Of a stretch of DNA of 64,000 bases, positions 39,012-48,899 are shown one piece after another. Under the pieces are notes generated by a model. It saw only the letters and a program-made list of their open reading frames with translations. It did not search any database and was not told the DNA's origin. Position numbers and translations under genes: made by a program. Source of the DNA: an uncultured delta proteobacterium (GTDB lineage Bacteria > Desulfobacterota > Desulfobacteria > Desulfobacterales > QNYZ01); NCBI GenBank assembly GCA_963845145.1, contig CAWJQU010000005.1, forward strand, positions 64,001 through 128,000, in the 5' to 3' direction. Within the stretch, counting starts at the first letter, position 1. Each line of letters begins with the position of its first letter.

Positions 39012-40756
39012 AGCATCGGATCCCCATTGCCCTTATATTTTGCGGCATGCTCTGTTTATTAATAGGCGCAGCCGTATTGCCCATCGCTGAGGCTGCGCTT
39101 TGGACTAAGCGGTATGTGGTTAAGCAAGATCAGGGAAAAAATATCCTCTGTGACCCCTATATCGTCCAACAAGGTGAATGGATTTATAAAATCTTTCGCC
39201 AAAAGGGTGAAATATCCGAGCGAGACTATCCAGCATTTTTAGACATTTTAAAAAGCATAAACCCACAAATCGGAGATATTGACCAGATCTATCCGGGTAA
39301 TCTGGTTCTCATTCCGTTGAAAATCCTAACCCCGGATATGCTCCCGTTGTATTCATCCGAATCAGTGGCCATTCCTTTTGCATCTATCTCAGACAGTCCT
39401 CTTAAAACCGTCGAGGTTCGCAAAGGAGACACGGTGTCCAAATTGCTTCTTGAATTCTACGGGGGGCACACCAAAGAATATCGGAAAGCCCTTAAACGAT
39501 TTAAGGATCTCAATCCCCATATTAGCGATCCCAACCGCGTCATAGTTGGCCAAAAGATACGGTTGCCGGCCCATAAAGCACTCATAGCTGACGATACAAG
39601 TACAATTTCAAAAATAGACACAGACCGTATCGCCACAGATGTACCCCCAATGGACCCATCAACGAAAGAGGGCCTCTCCGATCCGACAACCGAGGAGACC
39701 TCTGTGCCCCTGATCGCCGACATCTTGAAACAGATCGCCTTACTTTTAGACGCCGAATTATTTGATCGGGGCAGCTATCATTTCCCCGTAAAGGGGAAGG
39801 AGGATCTGCGTCTCAATTTAGGCTTATTCCCGGTGATACGGTTAAAAAACAATACCCGGATTGTTTTTCTTCGGCCGTTTTCAAAATCACTATCGGACAT
39901 ATCGGTCATTAAATCTCAATGGAAACCCGTTTTCTTCGTACGCATACCGGCATCGCCGGTGTCTATTTATCATATGCTCGATAAAGTATTTGCGGTTGTC
40001 AACCTCGACCACCCAAGAAAAAAAATCACGTTCAAAGATGGTGGTGTAACAACGGATATCAATGCCAAATGGATCCTGAAAATGGAGAATGCTCCCGGTC
40101 TGCCCGATCGTCACATCTGTTTGGCGCCGATAGACCAAAAATCAGGTCCATTTCCGGAAACCATCTTCCGATACCTTGCCAAGCGCCACATCACCTATTG
40201 GGGGGTCAAACCCGATGGTCAAATCGCCGGTACAAGCAGCCGACCGTATTTAAACACCGGCATTGTAAAGCAACCCATTCCCATCGAAAATCACAAACAT
40301 CTAATTCGTAAAGTGGTTCACGCTCTGGGATGGACCTTCCAGGAAAATGTAAAGGTTCGTTTTCCCTATGCCGGCCTTCAGGTAGATGCTGTTTCCAACA
40401 TGCTTACCATCGACACCGACCGTACCTGTCTGGTGGATTTCGGTAACTTTGCCGGTGAAAGTATTGCCGCCATTGAGGCCACGGGCCTGAAAGTTATCTC
40501 GCTGAGAGGGCAGTATGACGCCTTGAGGCACATACGCCAAATTTTGAAAAAATTTTCACTGGGATACACGGAAAGCCCGACTATTTTTGTTGAAAATAAT
40601 CGAGACGGCCAGGGTGTCTCCTTCACGTATCCGGGTTTGATGGTACCGCAAACCGACGGCCAGGCCCTGATTACTTCGGCAGTATTTATCGAAGAGATGA
40701 AGATTTTTTTGGAAAGCAGAGGGACCCAGATCGTACAAATCGCACCGAGACATTAA
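39008..40756 (+). CDS. Exported LysM peptidoglycan-binding protein (two LysM domains)
   Basis: Signal/TM; YIVQQGEWI...INPQIGDIDQIYPG and VRKGDTVSKL...LNPHISDPNRVIVGQKIRLP. Confidence 0.82.
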   Translation: MKHRIPIALIFCGMLCLLIGAAVLPIAEAALWTKRYVVKQDQGKNILCDPYIVQQGEWIYKIFRQKGEISERDYPAFLDILKSINPQIGDIDQIYPGNLVLIPLKILTPDMLPLYSSESVAIPFASISDSPLKTVEVRKGDTVSKLLLEFYGGHTKEYRKALKRFKDLNPHISDPNRVIVGQKIRLPAHKALIADDTSTISKIDTDRIATDVPPMDPSTKEGLSDPTTEETSVPLIADILKQIALLLDAELFDRGSYHFPVKGKEDLRLNLGLFPVIRLKNNTRIVFLRPFSKSLSDISVIKSQWKPVFFVRIPASPVSIYHMLDKVFAVVNLDHPRKKITFKDGGVTTDINAKWILKMENAPGLPDRHICLAPIDQKSGPFPETIFRYLAKRHITYWGVKPDGQIAGTSSRPYLNTGIVKQPIPIENHKHLIRKVVHALGWTFQENVKVRFPYAGLQVDAVSNMLTIDTDRTCLVDFGNFAGESIAAIEATGLKVISLRGQYDALRHIRQILKKFSLGYTESPTIFVENNRDGQGVSFTYPGLMVPQTDGQALITSAVFIEEMKIFLESRGTQIVQIAPRH

Positions 40757-40820
40757 TGTGGGGTAGCTGTCGGCCGTCTTTGGATCAATCGTTGCATCAA
40801 ATTAATTAGAGGAGAGAATA

Positions 40821-41609
40821 ATGCAAGGCCGCGCAAATCAATGGATTATCGTTAGCATAATTATGCTTAGCTTCTTAACCGGTTGTGCCGGTGATCTTAA
40901 ATTTAAAAAAAAACAAAGTGAAGTCACCCGCAATATCGGCGAAGCGTATCTCGCTCAAGGTAACTATACTTCCGCTTTAAGGGAGTTGTTAAACGCGGAA
41001 AAAATCTATGCGAATGACCCGCTTCTGCAAAATTATTTAGGTCTAGCCTTTCAAGCTAAGGAACTTTATCAGGAGGCCGTCGCCCACTATAAAAAAGCCA
41101 TGGAGATCCAGCCGGACTACGCACCGGCCTACAATAACCTGGGTGCCACCTATTTGGAAATGAAACAGTGGGATGAAGCTATCGAAGTATTTAAGGAATT
41201 ATCCAACAATATTCTTTACTCAACCCCTCAATATGCCCACCTCAACCTGGGTTGGGCCTACTATAACAAGGGTGACTATTCTGCCTCCGAAGTTTACTAT
41301 AATAAAGCGGTTAAGCATTATCAGGACGGATTTGCCAGGGATCTGGTTTATGTCAAAGCGCTTCGCGGTTTAGGAAAAACATATTTGGCCATGGGAAATA
41401 CCAAAAAAGCCGAAGAGACCTTTGAGGAAGCCTGGGAACTCGCACCGGAATTCCCACCGCTGATCATGGATATTGCCGACATACGTCGGACTTTGGGTAA
41501 AAAGGAACAGGCCATTGCCGCTTACCGCAAGGTGATCGAAGTCGTACCGGGTAGCGATCTGGCTAAGAAGGCGAAGCAAGCGCTATCGATTTTATCGCCA
41601 TCGGAATAG
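40821..41609 (+). CDS. TPR lipoprotein, PilF/PilW/Tgl-like type IV pilus secretin pilotin
   Basis: Lipobox LTGC; TPRs with AYNNLG and LYSTPQYAHLNLG typical of PilF/Tgl. Confidence 0.75.
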   Translation: MQGRANQWIIVSIIMLSFLTGCAGDLKFKKKQSEVTRNIGEAYLAQGNYTSALRELLNAEKIYANDPLLQNYLGLAFQAKELYQEAVAHYKKAMEIQPDYAPAYNNLGATYLEMKQWDEAIEVFKELSNNILYSTPQYAHLNLGWAYYNKGDYSASEVYYNKAVKHYQDGFARDLVYVKALRGLGKTYLAMGNTKKAEETFEEAWELAPEFPPLIMDIADIRRTLGKKEQAIAAYRKVIEVVPGSDLAKKAKQALSILSPSE

Positions 41610-41669
41610 ATACTGCGCACCAACCGACCTGACTTTCATCATTACGCCGAAAAATAAGGTCGCATTCGG

Positions 41670-42644
41670 TTAGAAATCAAGCGTCATCATTACCATTGCG
41701 CCCCGACTCCCAGGCGCCATTGATAAGCGAAAGTTGGTGAAAGGCGTTAAGCTCCTGATAAATCGCTCATTGGCGCGACGATTGAATTGGTGGGCTGAAT
41801 TGACGGCACTGTAGATGTTACCCACATAAAGGTTTAAGCTCACCAAACCGAGAAGGCTACCCAAACCCGGATGGTCATCTTCGAAGGCCTCATAGCTGCT
41901 CCAGATCGTAAGACCGTTTAGCACGAAGGCTGTCAATGCGTCTTGATACCGGCCCGAATACAGGTGCCCCAAGCCGGGAACAACCGCCAAAAAGCCTGCC
42001 AGCCGGGGACGTTTTTGTGGAATTGTGTTGATATCGGCCAGTCGTTCGGTAAGCGGTTCGACCGAATAGGCCTCCCGATTCTGATCTGATATAGCTTTTA
42101 ACCAGGTAAGCGCTTTTGGCCATTGGGCCGTCTGGATAAATATCCAGGCGCCAAGATACCGTGCCTCATCTCGAATGGCGGGGTCCTTGTAAATCGATAA
42201 AAAGTTATGAAGTGTAATCAGGGCTTGGTTGAAATCTTCCTGTTTGATCCGGGTACGTGCAAGCAATAAATAAAATGGCGCGGTGGCCATGGCATCCGGT
42301 TTTTTTTCGATAACGGTTTTGCAGGCGATGACGGCGTCTTCATAGCGAGCGCCCTTAAAATAGGCTTGGGCTGCTTGATAACGGGCTTTGTGAGCGCGAG
42401 GATCATTGGGAAAGAAAAAAACAAATCGGTCAAATTCACCTGCCGCTTTGATAAAATGACCCTTTGCCAATAACGTTTGGGCAAAATCGTATTGGTGGTC
42501 TTGATTCGCTAGGTGCTTAACAATTGAAAGTTCATCGGCCAAGAGAGCCTGTTGGCAAAAGCAAGTCAGCAGGTAAGTGGCGGCGATCAAAATAACCAGT
42601 CGCCGGGATAGACCAAGGCTTCCAATTGGGATAAATGAACTCAT
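41670..42644 (-). CDS. Exported TPR (BamD/YbgF-like) protein with C-terminal TM2-like segment
   Basis: Signal peptide, TPR helices, AGFLAVVPGLGHLYSG; ATGA overlap with gspE. Confidence 0.7.
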   Translation of the reverse strand: MSSFIPIGSLGLSRRLVILIAATYLLTCFCQQALLADELSIVKHLANQDHQYDFAQTLLAKGHFIKAAGEFDRFVFFFPNDPRAHKARYQAAQAYFKGARYEDAVIACKTVIEKKPDAMATAPFYLLLARTRIKQEDFNQALITLHNFLSIYKDPAIRDEARYLGAWIFIQTAQWPKALTWLKAISDQNREAYSVEPLTERLADINTIPQKRPRLAGFLAVVPGLGHLYSGRYQDALTAFVLNGLTIWSSYEAFEDDHPGLGSLLGLVSLNLYVGNIYSAVNSAHQFNRRANERFIRSLTPFTNFRLSMAPGSRGAMVMMTLDF

Positions 42645-44374
42645 TGGGTGATGCGTAAAATCTCCTCAATGGTCGATACACCGGCCAGAACCTTGCGGAT
42701 ACCGTCATCACGAAGAGTGGTCATGCCCCATTTAATCGCTTCTTGCTTGATTCGAAAGGAATCATGATTCTCAAGAAGTAAATTTTTTATACCATGCCCC
42801 AACACCATGATTTCAAAAATACCGATACGCCCGCGATAGCCGGTCTGGTAACATTTGGAACACCCCATGGCCTGATAGAGCCGCTTGCCGCGAACATCCT
42901 CAGCGGCCTGACCGAGAAGCTTCAGGGTCGCCTCATCCGGTTGATATGGTTTTTTGCAGTCATCGCATAGCACCCGAATCAGTCGTTGGGCGGCAACCGC
43001 ATTCACCGAAGATGCGATCAAAAACGGTTCCGTTCCGATATCAATCAGCCGGGTAATGGCACTGGCCGCGTCATTGGTATGAAGGGTGGAAAAGACGAGA
43101 TGACCGGTTAAGGCGGACTGAACGGCAATTTCGGCCGTTTCCTTATCCCGAATCTCCCCCACCAGAATGACATCCGGGTCTTGACGGACAATCGAGCGTA
43201 GCCCCCGGGCAAATGTCAATTCGATTTTTGGATTGACCTGAATTTGATTCACGCCATCAAGCTGGTATTCGACCGGGTCCTCGATGGTGATAATATTGAT
43301 ATCTGAATGGTTAATGGACGAGAGGATCGCATACAATGAGGTGGTTTTTCCGCTACCTGTAGGACCGGTAATAAGAAAAATGCCATTGGGCATGCCGATA
43401 ATTTTGTTCAATTCAGATAGCCCGTCAGCGGATAGCCCCAATTCCGACATATTTAGTAAAGAGCCGGACTTGTTCAAAAGCCGCAATACGACCCGTTCCC
43501 CAAATACGGTGGGTATCGTGGAAACGCGAATATCGATATCTTGATCGCCGATTTTGACATCGATACGACTGTCTTGAGGCAGGCGTTTCTCTGCGATATT
43601 CATCTTGGCCATGACCTTGATACGGCCGATCAGTGCAGATTGAATCCATTTCGGAGGGGTGAGCATGTCGTACAAGATTCCATCCACGCGATGGCGGACC
43701 TTAAAACTATCCGAGTACGGTTCAATATGTATATCACTTGCCTGGGCTTTAACAGCTTGAGAGATGATATGGTTTACCAATTTAATAATGGGTGCATCCG
43801 AGGTATCGTCCAGCAAATCGGCGGTATCTTCTATCTCGCTGATAATGGATGAGCTGTCTTCCTCCATATCCTGAACCAGCTGCTCAGCGGACCCTCGACT
43901 CATATTATAAGCCAGATTGATCGCCGATAAGATCGCTGCTTCGTCTGAAAGAACCAGTTGATATCGATCTAACGCCAGCAGCCTTACCAGGTCATCGAGT
44001 GGGTGAATAACCGTGGGATCATTGACGGCAATAATAAAATCGACGGATCCTTTTTGTTCCGGGACTTCAGCCCCATCTTCCGATGCTTTGGACGGAATCC
44101 CTAAAGGGAAAATGACATGTTTTTTTAAGAAACCGATGGGAAGGAGGTGGGTAAAATCAGCGTTTAACGCACCCAACGGAAGCTCCGGCCAATAGGGGAT
44201 ACCAAACTGGACACTTCGAGCCGTTAATAACTCAATTTCGGTAATAATATTTTTTTTTACCAGTTCCGCGCCGATATTCAATTCGCCGGTGAGCTCGTTT
44301 TCACGGATCTCCGAAATATCTTCCTCCGTTACACCGGAGATTTCTTCCAAAATTTTGGTCAATGGTTTTCGCAT
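42641..44374 (-). CDS. gspE: Type II secretion ATPase
   Basis: ASDIHIEP, GPTGSGKT, TIEDPVEY, RQDPDVILVGEIRD, STLHTND, tetracysteine motif. Confidence 0.95.
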   Translation of the reverse strand: MRKPLTKILEEISGVTEEDISEIRENELTGELNIGAELVKKNIITEIELLTARSVQFGIPYWPELPLGALNADFTHLLPIGFLKKHVIFPLGIPSKASEDGAEVPEQKGSVDFIIAVNDPTVIHPLDDLVRLLALDRYQLVLSDEAAILSAINLAYNMSRGSAEQLVQDMEEDSSSIISEIEDTADLLDDTSDAPIIKLVNHIISQAVKAQASDIHIEPYSDSFKVRHRVDGILYDMLTPPKWIQSALIGRIKVMAKMNIAEKRLPQDSRIDVKIGDQDIDIRVSTIPTVFGERVVLRLLNKSGSLLNMSELGLSADGLSELNKIIGMPNGIFLITGPTGSGKTTSLYAILSSINHSDINIITIEDPVEYQLDGVNQIQVNPKIELTFARGLRSIVRQDPDVILVGEIRDKETAEIAVQSALTGHLVFSTLHTNDAASAITRLIDIGTEPFLIASSVNAVAAQRLIRVLCDDCKKPYQPDEATLKLLGQAAEDVRGKRLYQAMGCSKCYQTGYRGRIGIFEIMVLGHGIKNLLLENHDSFRIKQEAIKWGMTTLRDDGIRKVLAGVSTIEEILRITQ

Positions 44375-44439
44375 GGCCCCTGACTGTATATCGCTTGTAC
44401 GTTTAAAAAACGGCTAAAGAAGGATTCTTTACGAAACCA

Positions 44440-46488
44440 TTAAAATTTCCCGGTTTTTTGGACCGGGGTTTGGACCTGGGAAGGTTTGGATGATGCATCG
44501 TCCTCTGTTTCAGCGTCCTCCGTTTCAACTGGGTCGGGTTGAACCTTTTGATAAAGTTTAATTCTTCCCTCTTTAATGGTGTCATCAATATCCTTCCGTT
44601 TTAGACGGTAAAGAGCTTCTGCCTCAGTGGGATTATTGACAACGTGCGGCGTTAGAAAGACATAGAGGTTGGTTTTCTCTTTTGAATCGGATTTGGATTT
44701 AAACAACCATCCCAGGCCGGGAATATCCCCAATGCAGGGAATCTTCTCTGTGGAAACCGTTAGCGCGTCGTCAATGAGTCCGCCGATGACAATGGTATTT
44801 TTATCTTTTACAATAACGGTGGTATCAATGGCCCTTTTGAGGGTCGTCGGCCGCTCGGTTGTCTGAGAGGTCCCCTCGGACAGATCTTCCAGCCGGGTCA
44901 CTTCCTGCTGGATATTTAACCGGACGGTACGATCCTTACTGATATGAGGCGTAATTTTCAGGGTAAGACCGACATCACGATATTCAAATGTATTGAATGA
45001 CTCCACATTCGACGAACCCGATTTTGTCTGGTAGGGAACATTTTTCCCAACGGTGATGGTTGCCTCCTCATTATCTGTGGTCATGACCTGGGGTGTAGAA
45101 ATAATATTAACATTTTTGTTACCTTGCAGTACGTTGACCAAGGCCCCGATACCCGGAAACTCAACGCCACCGATTTCAAGCATCTGGCTGATAATACCAA
45201 CGGAGAATCCTTGGGAAAAACCACCGACACCCCCTTGCAATAAATTACCCAAATTACTGGTACCGCCCGGTCTGAAATTGCCGCCAATGCCGCCGGGCCG
45301 GTTATTGTAATCGATCTCCCGCATGGTAAGCCATTCCGCGCCAAAATTAAAATCGCTGTCGACCAGCACTTCCATGATCAAACTTTCGATGAATACCATG
45401 GCTCTGGGAATATCCAGCTTATTAATCATCTCCTCAAGAACGGGAAAATCATCCTTTTCCGCCATAATGACCAGGCTATTGGTGGATTTGTCGGGCATAA
45501 TTCGGACGTTCTGGGATATCATCGCCGTCTTTTTTCCCGGTTGCGTTTGATCGCTCTTATTGGCGGTAGCTGGCACCTCCTGAAGGACTTTGGCCATATC
45601 TTCAGCCATGGCGTTTTCCAAGTAAAAAACGCGTATCCTCTCGCTGCCGCGGGGCATTTTTTTGTCTAGAATGGTGATTAATTCGCGGGCCCGGGCAATA
45701 TCGTTTTCACTGGCCAACATCACGATGCTGTTCGTACGTTCATCGGCCATAAAGCGCTCCACCGGTTTAACCGCTCCTCCCTCCTGGGGAGTGGGCCTCC
45801 GGCCGCCGGTGGTTGGTGAAAAAACCGAGGTCAGCATTTTAACCAGCTTGGCAGCGTCGGAATATTCCAGGGGAATAACGGCGATCTCCTGCCCCACACC
45901 GGGCTTATCCACGATAGAGATAATCCGCATCAATCGTTGGATATTGGATTGAACATCGGTAATAATCAAGGTGTTGGTTTGTGTATAAGCCAGGATTACG
46001 CTGCTCTTGGAAACCAGTGGCGCCAACAGCCGCCTCAATTCAGAAGCATTGGCATACTCCAGGGGAATAAGCTGGGTGACGATATGATCGGAGGGACGGG
46101 TTTTAGGATCCGCGATAGAGGTGATGATGTTTTTGGAGCGGGCGTCGGTGGCCGGTATGATTTTGACTATCTCTCCGGCGCGAACGGTTGAAAAACCGTG
46201 GATTTCCAGGACCGATTCGAATACCTGATAGGCCTCGTCCAAAGAGATCTGGCCGGGCGAGTTAATGGTCACGTTCCCCTTCACCCGTTGATCCACAACA
46301 AAATTCGTGCCGGTCAATTCGCTGATGAATTTGATAAAAACGTTTATGTCCACATTGTTAAAATCGATGGACACAAACTGCTCATCGGTCTTCTTCGAAG
46401 CCGCTTGGCAATCATTCGAAAGAAAAGAGACAAACGAGAAGGCAAATACAAGTGCGCTGATCAGCGCTATGAGTCGAAACCGTTTCAT
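44440..46488 (-). CDS. gspD: Type II secretin
   Basis: SIDFNNVDI N0 domain, N-domains, LDIPRAMVFIE, secretin domain IPCIGDIPGLGWLF...NLYVFLTPHV. Confidence 0.95.
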   Translation of the reverse strand: MKRFRLIALISALVFAFSFVSFLSNDCQAASKKTDEQFVSIDFNNVDINVFIKFISELTGTNFVVDQRVKGNVTINSPGQISLDEAYQVFESVLEIHGFSTVRAGEIVKIIPATDARSKNIITSIADPKTRPSDHIVTQLIPLEYANASELRRLLAPLVSKSSVILAYTQTNTLIITDVQSNIQRLMRIISIVDKPGVGQEIAVIPLEYSDAAKLVKMLTSVFSPTTGGRRPTPQEGGAVKPVERFMADERTNSIVMLASENDIARARELITILDKKMPRGSERIRVFYLENAMAEDMAKVLQEVPATANKSDQTQPGKKTAMISQNVRIMPDKSTNSLVIMAEKDDFPVLEEMINKLDIPRAMVFIESLIMEVLVDSDFNFGAEWLTMREIDYNNRPGGIGGNFRPGGTSNLGNLLQGGVGGFSQGFSVGIISQMLEIGGVEFPGIGALVNVLQGNKNVNIISTPQVMTTDNEEATITVGKNVPYQTKSGSSNVESFNTFEYRDVGLTLKITPHISKDRTVRLNIQQEVTRLEDLSEGTSQTTERPTTLKRAIDTTVIVKDKNTIVIGGLIDDALTVSTEKIPCIGDIPGLGWLFKSKSDSKEKTNLYVFLTPHVVNNPTEAEALYRLKRKDIDDTIKEGRIKLYQKVQPDPVETEDAETEDDASSKPSQVQTPVQKTGKF

Positions 46489-46518
46489 AGATAAGCTCAA
46501 AATATATATAATATCCCC

Positions 46519-47409
46519 CTAATCTTCAACCCGATATTGAATGGATTTATCCTGTCCCCTTCGGCGGAGTTGAAGATCCACATTGGACGCACTTTTCAAA
46601 CTAGTGTAAAACTTTAAAGCATCGTCCACCGATTCGATTGGTTTGCCGTTAACACCGGTAATAATGTCGCCGTTTCTAAAACCGATTTCGGTAAAGATCG
46701 TTCCGGGCCGAACGCCGGTTAGCCTTAACCCATCCGGCTTTCCATTGGAGAAATGAGGCCGTATGCGAACATGTTTCATCAACTGATTGACATTTTGAAT
46801 GGCATCTTCAATGCGACTACGCTGAATCACAACCTCTTTGCCATCTTTTTCTCCCACTTCTCCGGATTCTCCAGGCGGTACCGAAGGCACGGACTTGGCT
46901 ACGGCGGCACGTCCTTTTTGTACCGGACGCTCAATGGCAAGCACCTCTCTTTTACCATTGACCCCCAAAACGACCTTTTCCCTTAAAATCATCTCCACGC
47001 TGGCCGACTCGACCTGATCACCCACCGAAAAAAGACGCTGTTTTCGGGTGGCCTTCTCTTCGATCACCGCAAACGTTTTACCGGCAATGCCATGAACGGT
47101 ACCCCAAAGCTTCAACCCGAGCGTCGTTTGCTGCAAAGCCTTTACGTCTACTTCGCTGTTGTCGGTCTTTATGGGCTCTGCGGTCGCTGCGTTGAACAGG
47201 TTTCGGTCAATGGCCGTTTGATAGTATGTCACAGGTCGGTTGATAGTGTCGCGGTTTTGAACCTGCGAGCTGGATTGAACCTCTGCCGAACCGTGAAATA
47301 CCGGGGTAGTCTCAAATTGATTCGCAACGACCCGATAAAATATAAACGTGCCGGCGTATGCGATGGCGATGACCAATGCCAGCTGTACGATAGTAAAATA
47401 GCGCGCCAT
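46519..47409 (-). CDS. gspC: Type II secretion protein C (PDZ)
   Basis: TM, LKLWGTV..AVIE, PDZ GFRNGDIITGVNG. Confidence 0.88.
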   Translation of the reverse strand: MARYFTIVQLALVIAIAYAGTFIFYRVVANQFETTPVFHGSAEVQSSSQVQNRDTINRPVTYYQTAIDRNLFNAATAEPIKTDNSEVDVKALQQTTLGLKLWGTVHGIAGKTFAVIEEKATRKQRLFSVGDQVESASVEMILREKVVLGVNGKREVLAIERPVQKGRAAVAKSVPSVPPGESGEVGEKDGKEVVIQRSRIEDAIQNVNQLMKHVRIRPHFSNGKPDGLRLTGVRPGTIFTEIGFRNGDIITGVNGKPIESVDDALKFYTSLKSASNVDLQLRRRGQDKSIQYRVED

Positions 47410-47415
47410 AAGAGA

Positions 47416-48282
47416 TCACCGCATGCCTAAACGTGGATTATCAACAGTCCCTGAAACAGTAATGGGCAACCCATTATTAAGGGATTTTTTATCCGGCCAG
47501 AGTGGCGCCGGTATTTTCTTTTTTAACTGGGCCATAAATTCTGCTTGCAGGCGGACATTGCCTTTTAATTCCAAGCCGGTTCTTTGTATCGGACGCTTCA
47601 AATTGACCTGGCCTTCAAAACGGGCATTTACCTGCGTTCCGGTCATTTCCAAACGATTGATCTTCAGCGTACGACCCGCGATCGTCAACCCCATATCAAT
47701 ACGACTGAAACGTAGGCTTTTTATGTCAAAAGGGGCCTTGGCAAGGTGAACGGTACAATCCGTAAATATAAGGTCTATCTGGCCTTGGTCAGGTGTTTGT
47801 CTTTTGGTTACATGGACAATTTTTCCCTCAACGTTTCCCGCTATGCTCACATTTGGTATTGCACGTATGCCATCAATGTCTTCCAGCTTAATTCCATTAA
47901 GATTGAGTTGAAAACTTCTTTCTCCCTCGGACGAATCGCCATTGCGTTTAATCTTGCCTCGAAAGCGACCGTCACGAACATGGCCTTTAAATGCAACAAT
48001 CGTTCCACTATTAAAAAATATCGCCCGCCCGGGGCGTATGCGTGCCGATGAAACCGTCAAAACGGGTTTTTGCAGATGATACACTGTACCATCACTCACT
48101 TTAACATAGGGCGGATAATACAACCCCAAATCATCAAATGCCACACGAAAATCAGGGTTCAGTCGGTAGATTTGATTATCGATATAATCTTCAAGCGCCT
48201 CTTTCGGAAAAAGGTAATATAGAAAAAAGGTGGCTGCGATAACCGCAACGATAATATAGAGACTTGTTTTTTTCACAACCAT
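47416..48282 (-). CDS. gspN: Type II secretion protein N
   Basis: N-terminal TM ending YYLFP, beta-rich body, C-terminal GTVDNP; position between M and C. Confidence 0.78.
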   Translation of the reverse strand: MVVKKTSLYIIVAVIAATFFLYYLFPKEALEDYIDNQIYRLNPDFRVAFDDLGLYYPPYVKVSDGTVYHLQKPVLTVSSARIRPGRAIFFNSGTIVAFKGHVRDGRFRGKIKRNGDSSEGERSFQLNLNGIKLEDIDGIRAIPNVSIAGNVEGKIVHVTKRQTPDQGQIDLIFTDCTVHLAKAPFDIKSLRFSRIDMGLTIAGRTLKINRLEMTGTQVNARFEGQVNLKRPIQRTGLELKGNVRLQAEFMAQLKKKIPAPLWPDKKSLNNGLPITVSGTVDNPRLGMR

Positions 48283-48355
48283 TCAAATCCGGATGCCAAC
48301 CTTCACTCGGCTCTCTTGAAATGAGGCGGCTTAATTGTCATTGATAATTTTTATA

Positions 48356-48880
48356 TTAGGCGATGGTTTCCATCAAAAGCGTCACATCCAGAAAACCTTT
48401 TTTCTTTCCCGAATTTGAAATGGAAGCACGCTTTACGAACACGTTGTTTCCAGACGTTTCAACCATATGCAGATAATTCATCAACTGCTTTAGCGTCACA
48501 CCACTCAATTTCATCTCGACCACATCCACTTTAAACGGGGAACCCTTTTTTTCTATGGTCGAAGGCCTCATGTAGGCGATACTATTCCTGCTGATCTGTG
48601 CTTTTTCAGAAACGCTGTTCAGAAATGAATACAGCGTAAAATCCCCTCTTTCTTTCACCTTATTATGCGAAAGATCGTTCGATTGCTTAAAATTGATATA
48701 ATCGGCCTTAAGGGCCTGCATTTCCAACATAGCTACTTTTTTAGCGTCGATCTGGCGACCCCATTTATCAAGCGCCTCCAGGTAGGGGAATACCACAAGT
48801 TTTGCGACGATGAAGACAATGAGCCCTATGCCGGCGGCCCAAACCGCTAATTTTTCCCTTTTATTTAGTTGAATTGCCAT
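48356..48880 (-). CDS. gspM: Type II secretion protein M
   Basis: QLNKREK plus TM, VEMKLSGVTLKQLMNYL. Confidence 0.82.
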   Translation of the reverse strand: MAIQLNKREKLAVWAAGIGLIVFIVAKLVVFPYLEALDKWGRQIDAKKVAMLEMQALKADYINFKQSNDLSHNKVKERGDFTLYSFLNSVSEKAQISRNSIAYMRPSTIEKKGSPFKVDVVEMKLSGVTLKQLMNYLHMVETSGNNVFVKRASISNSGKKKGFLDVTLLMETIA

Positions 48881-48899
48881 AACGATTTTTTTTATCGCA

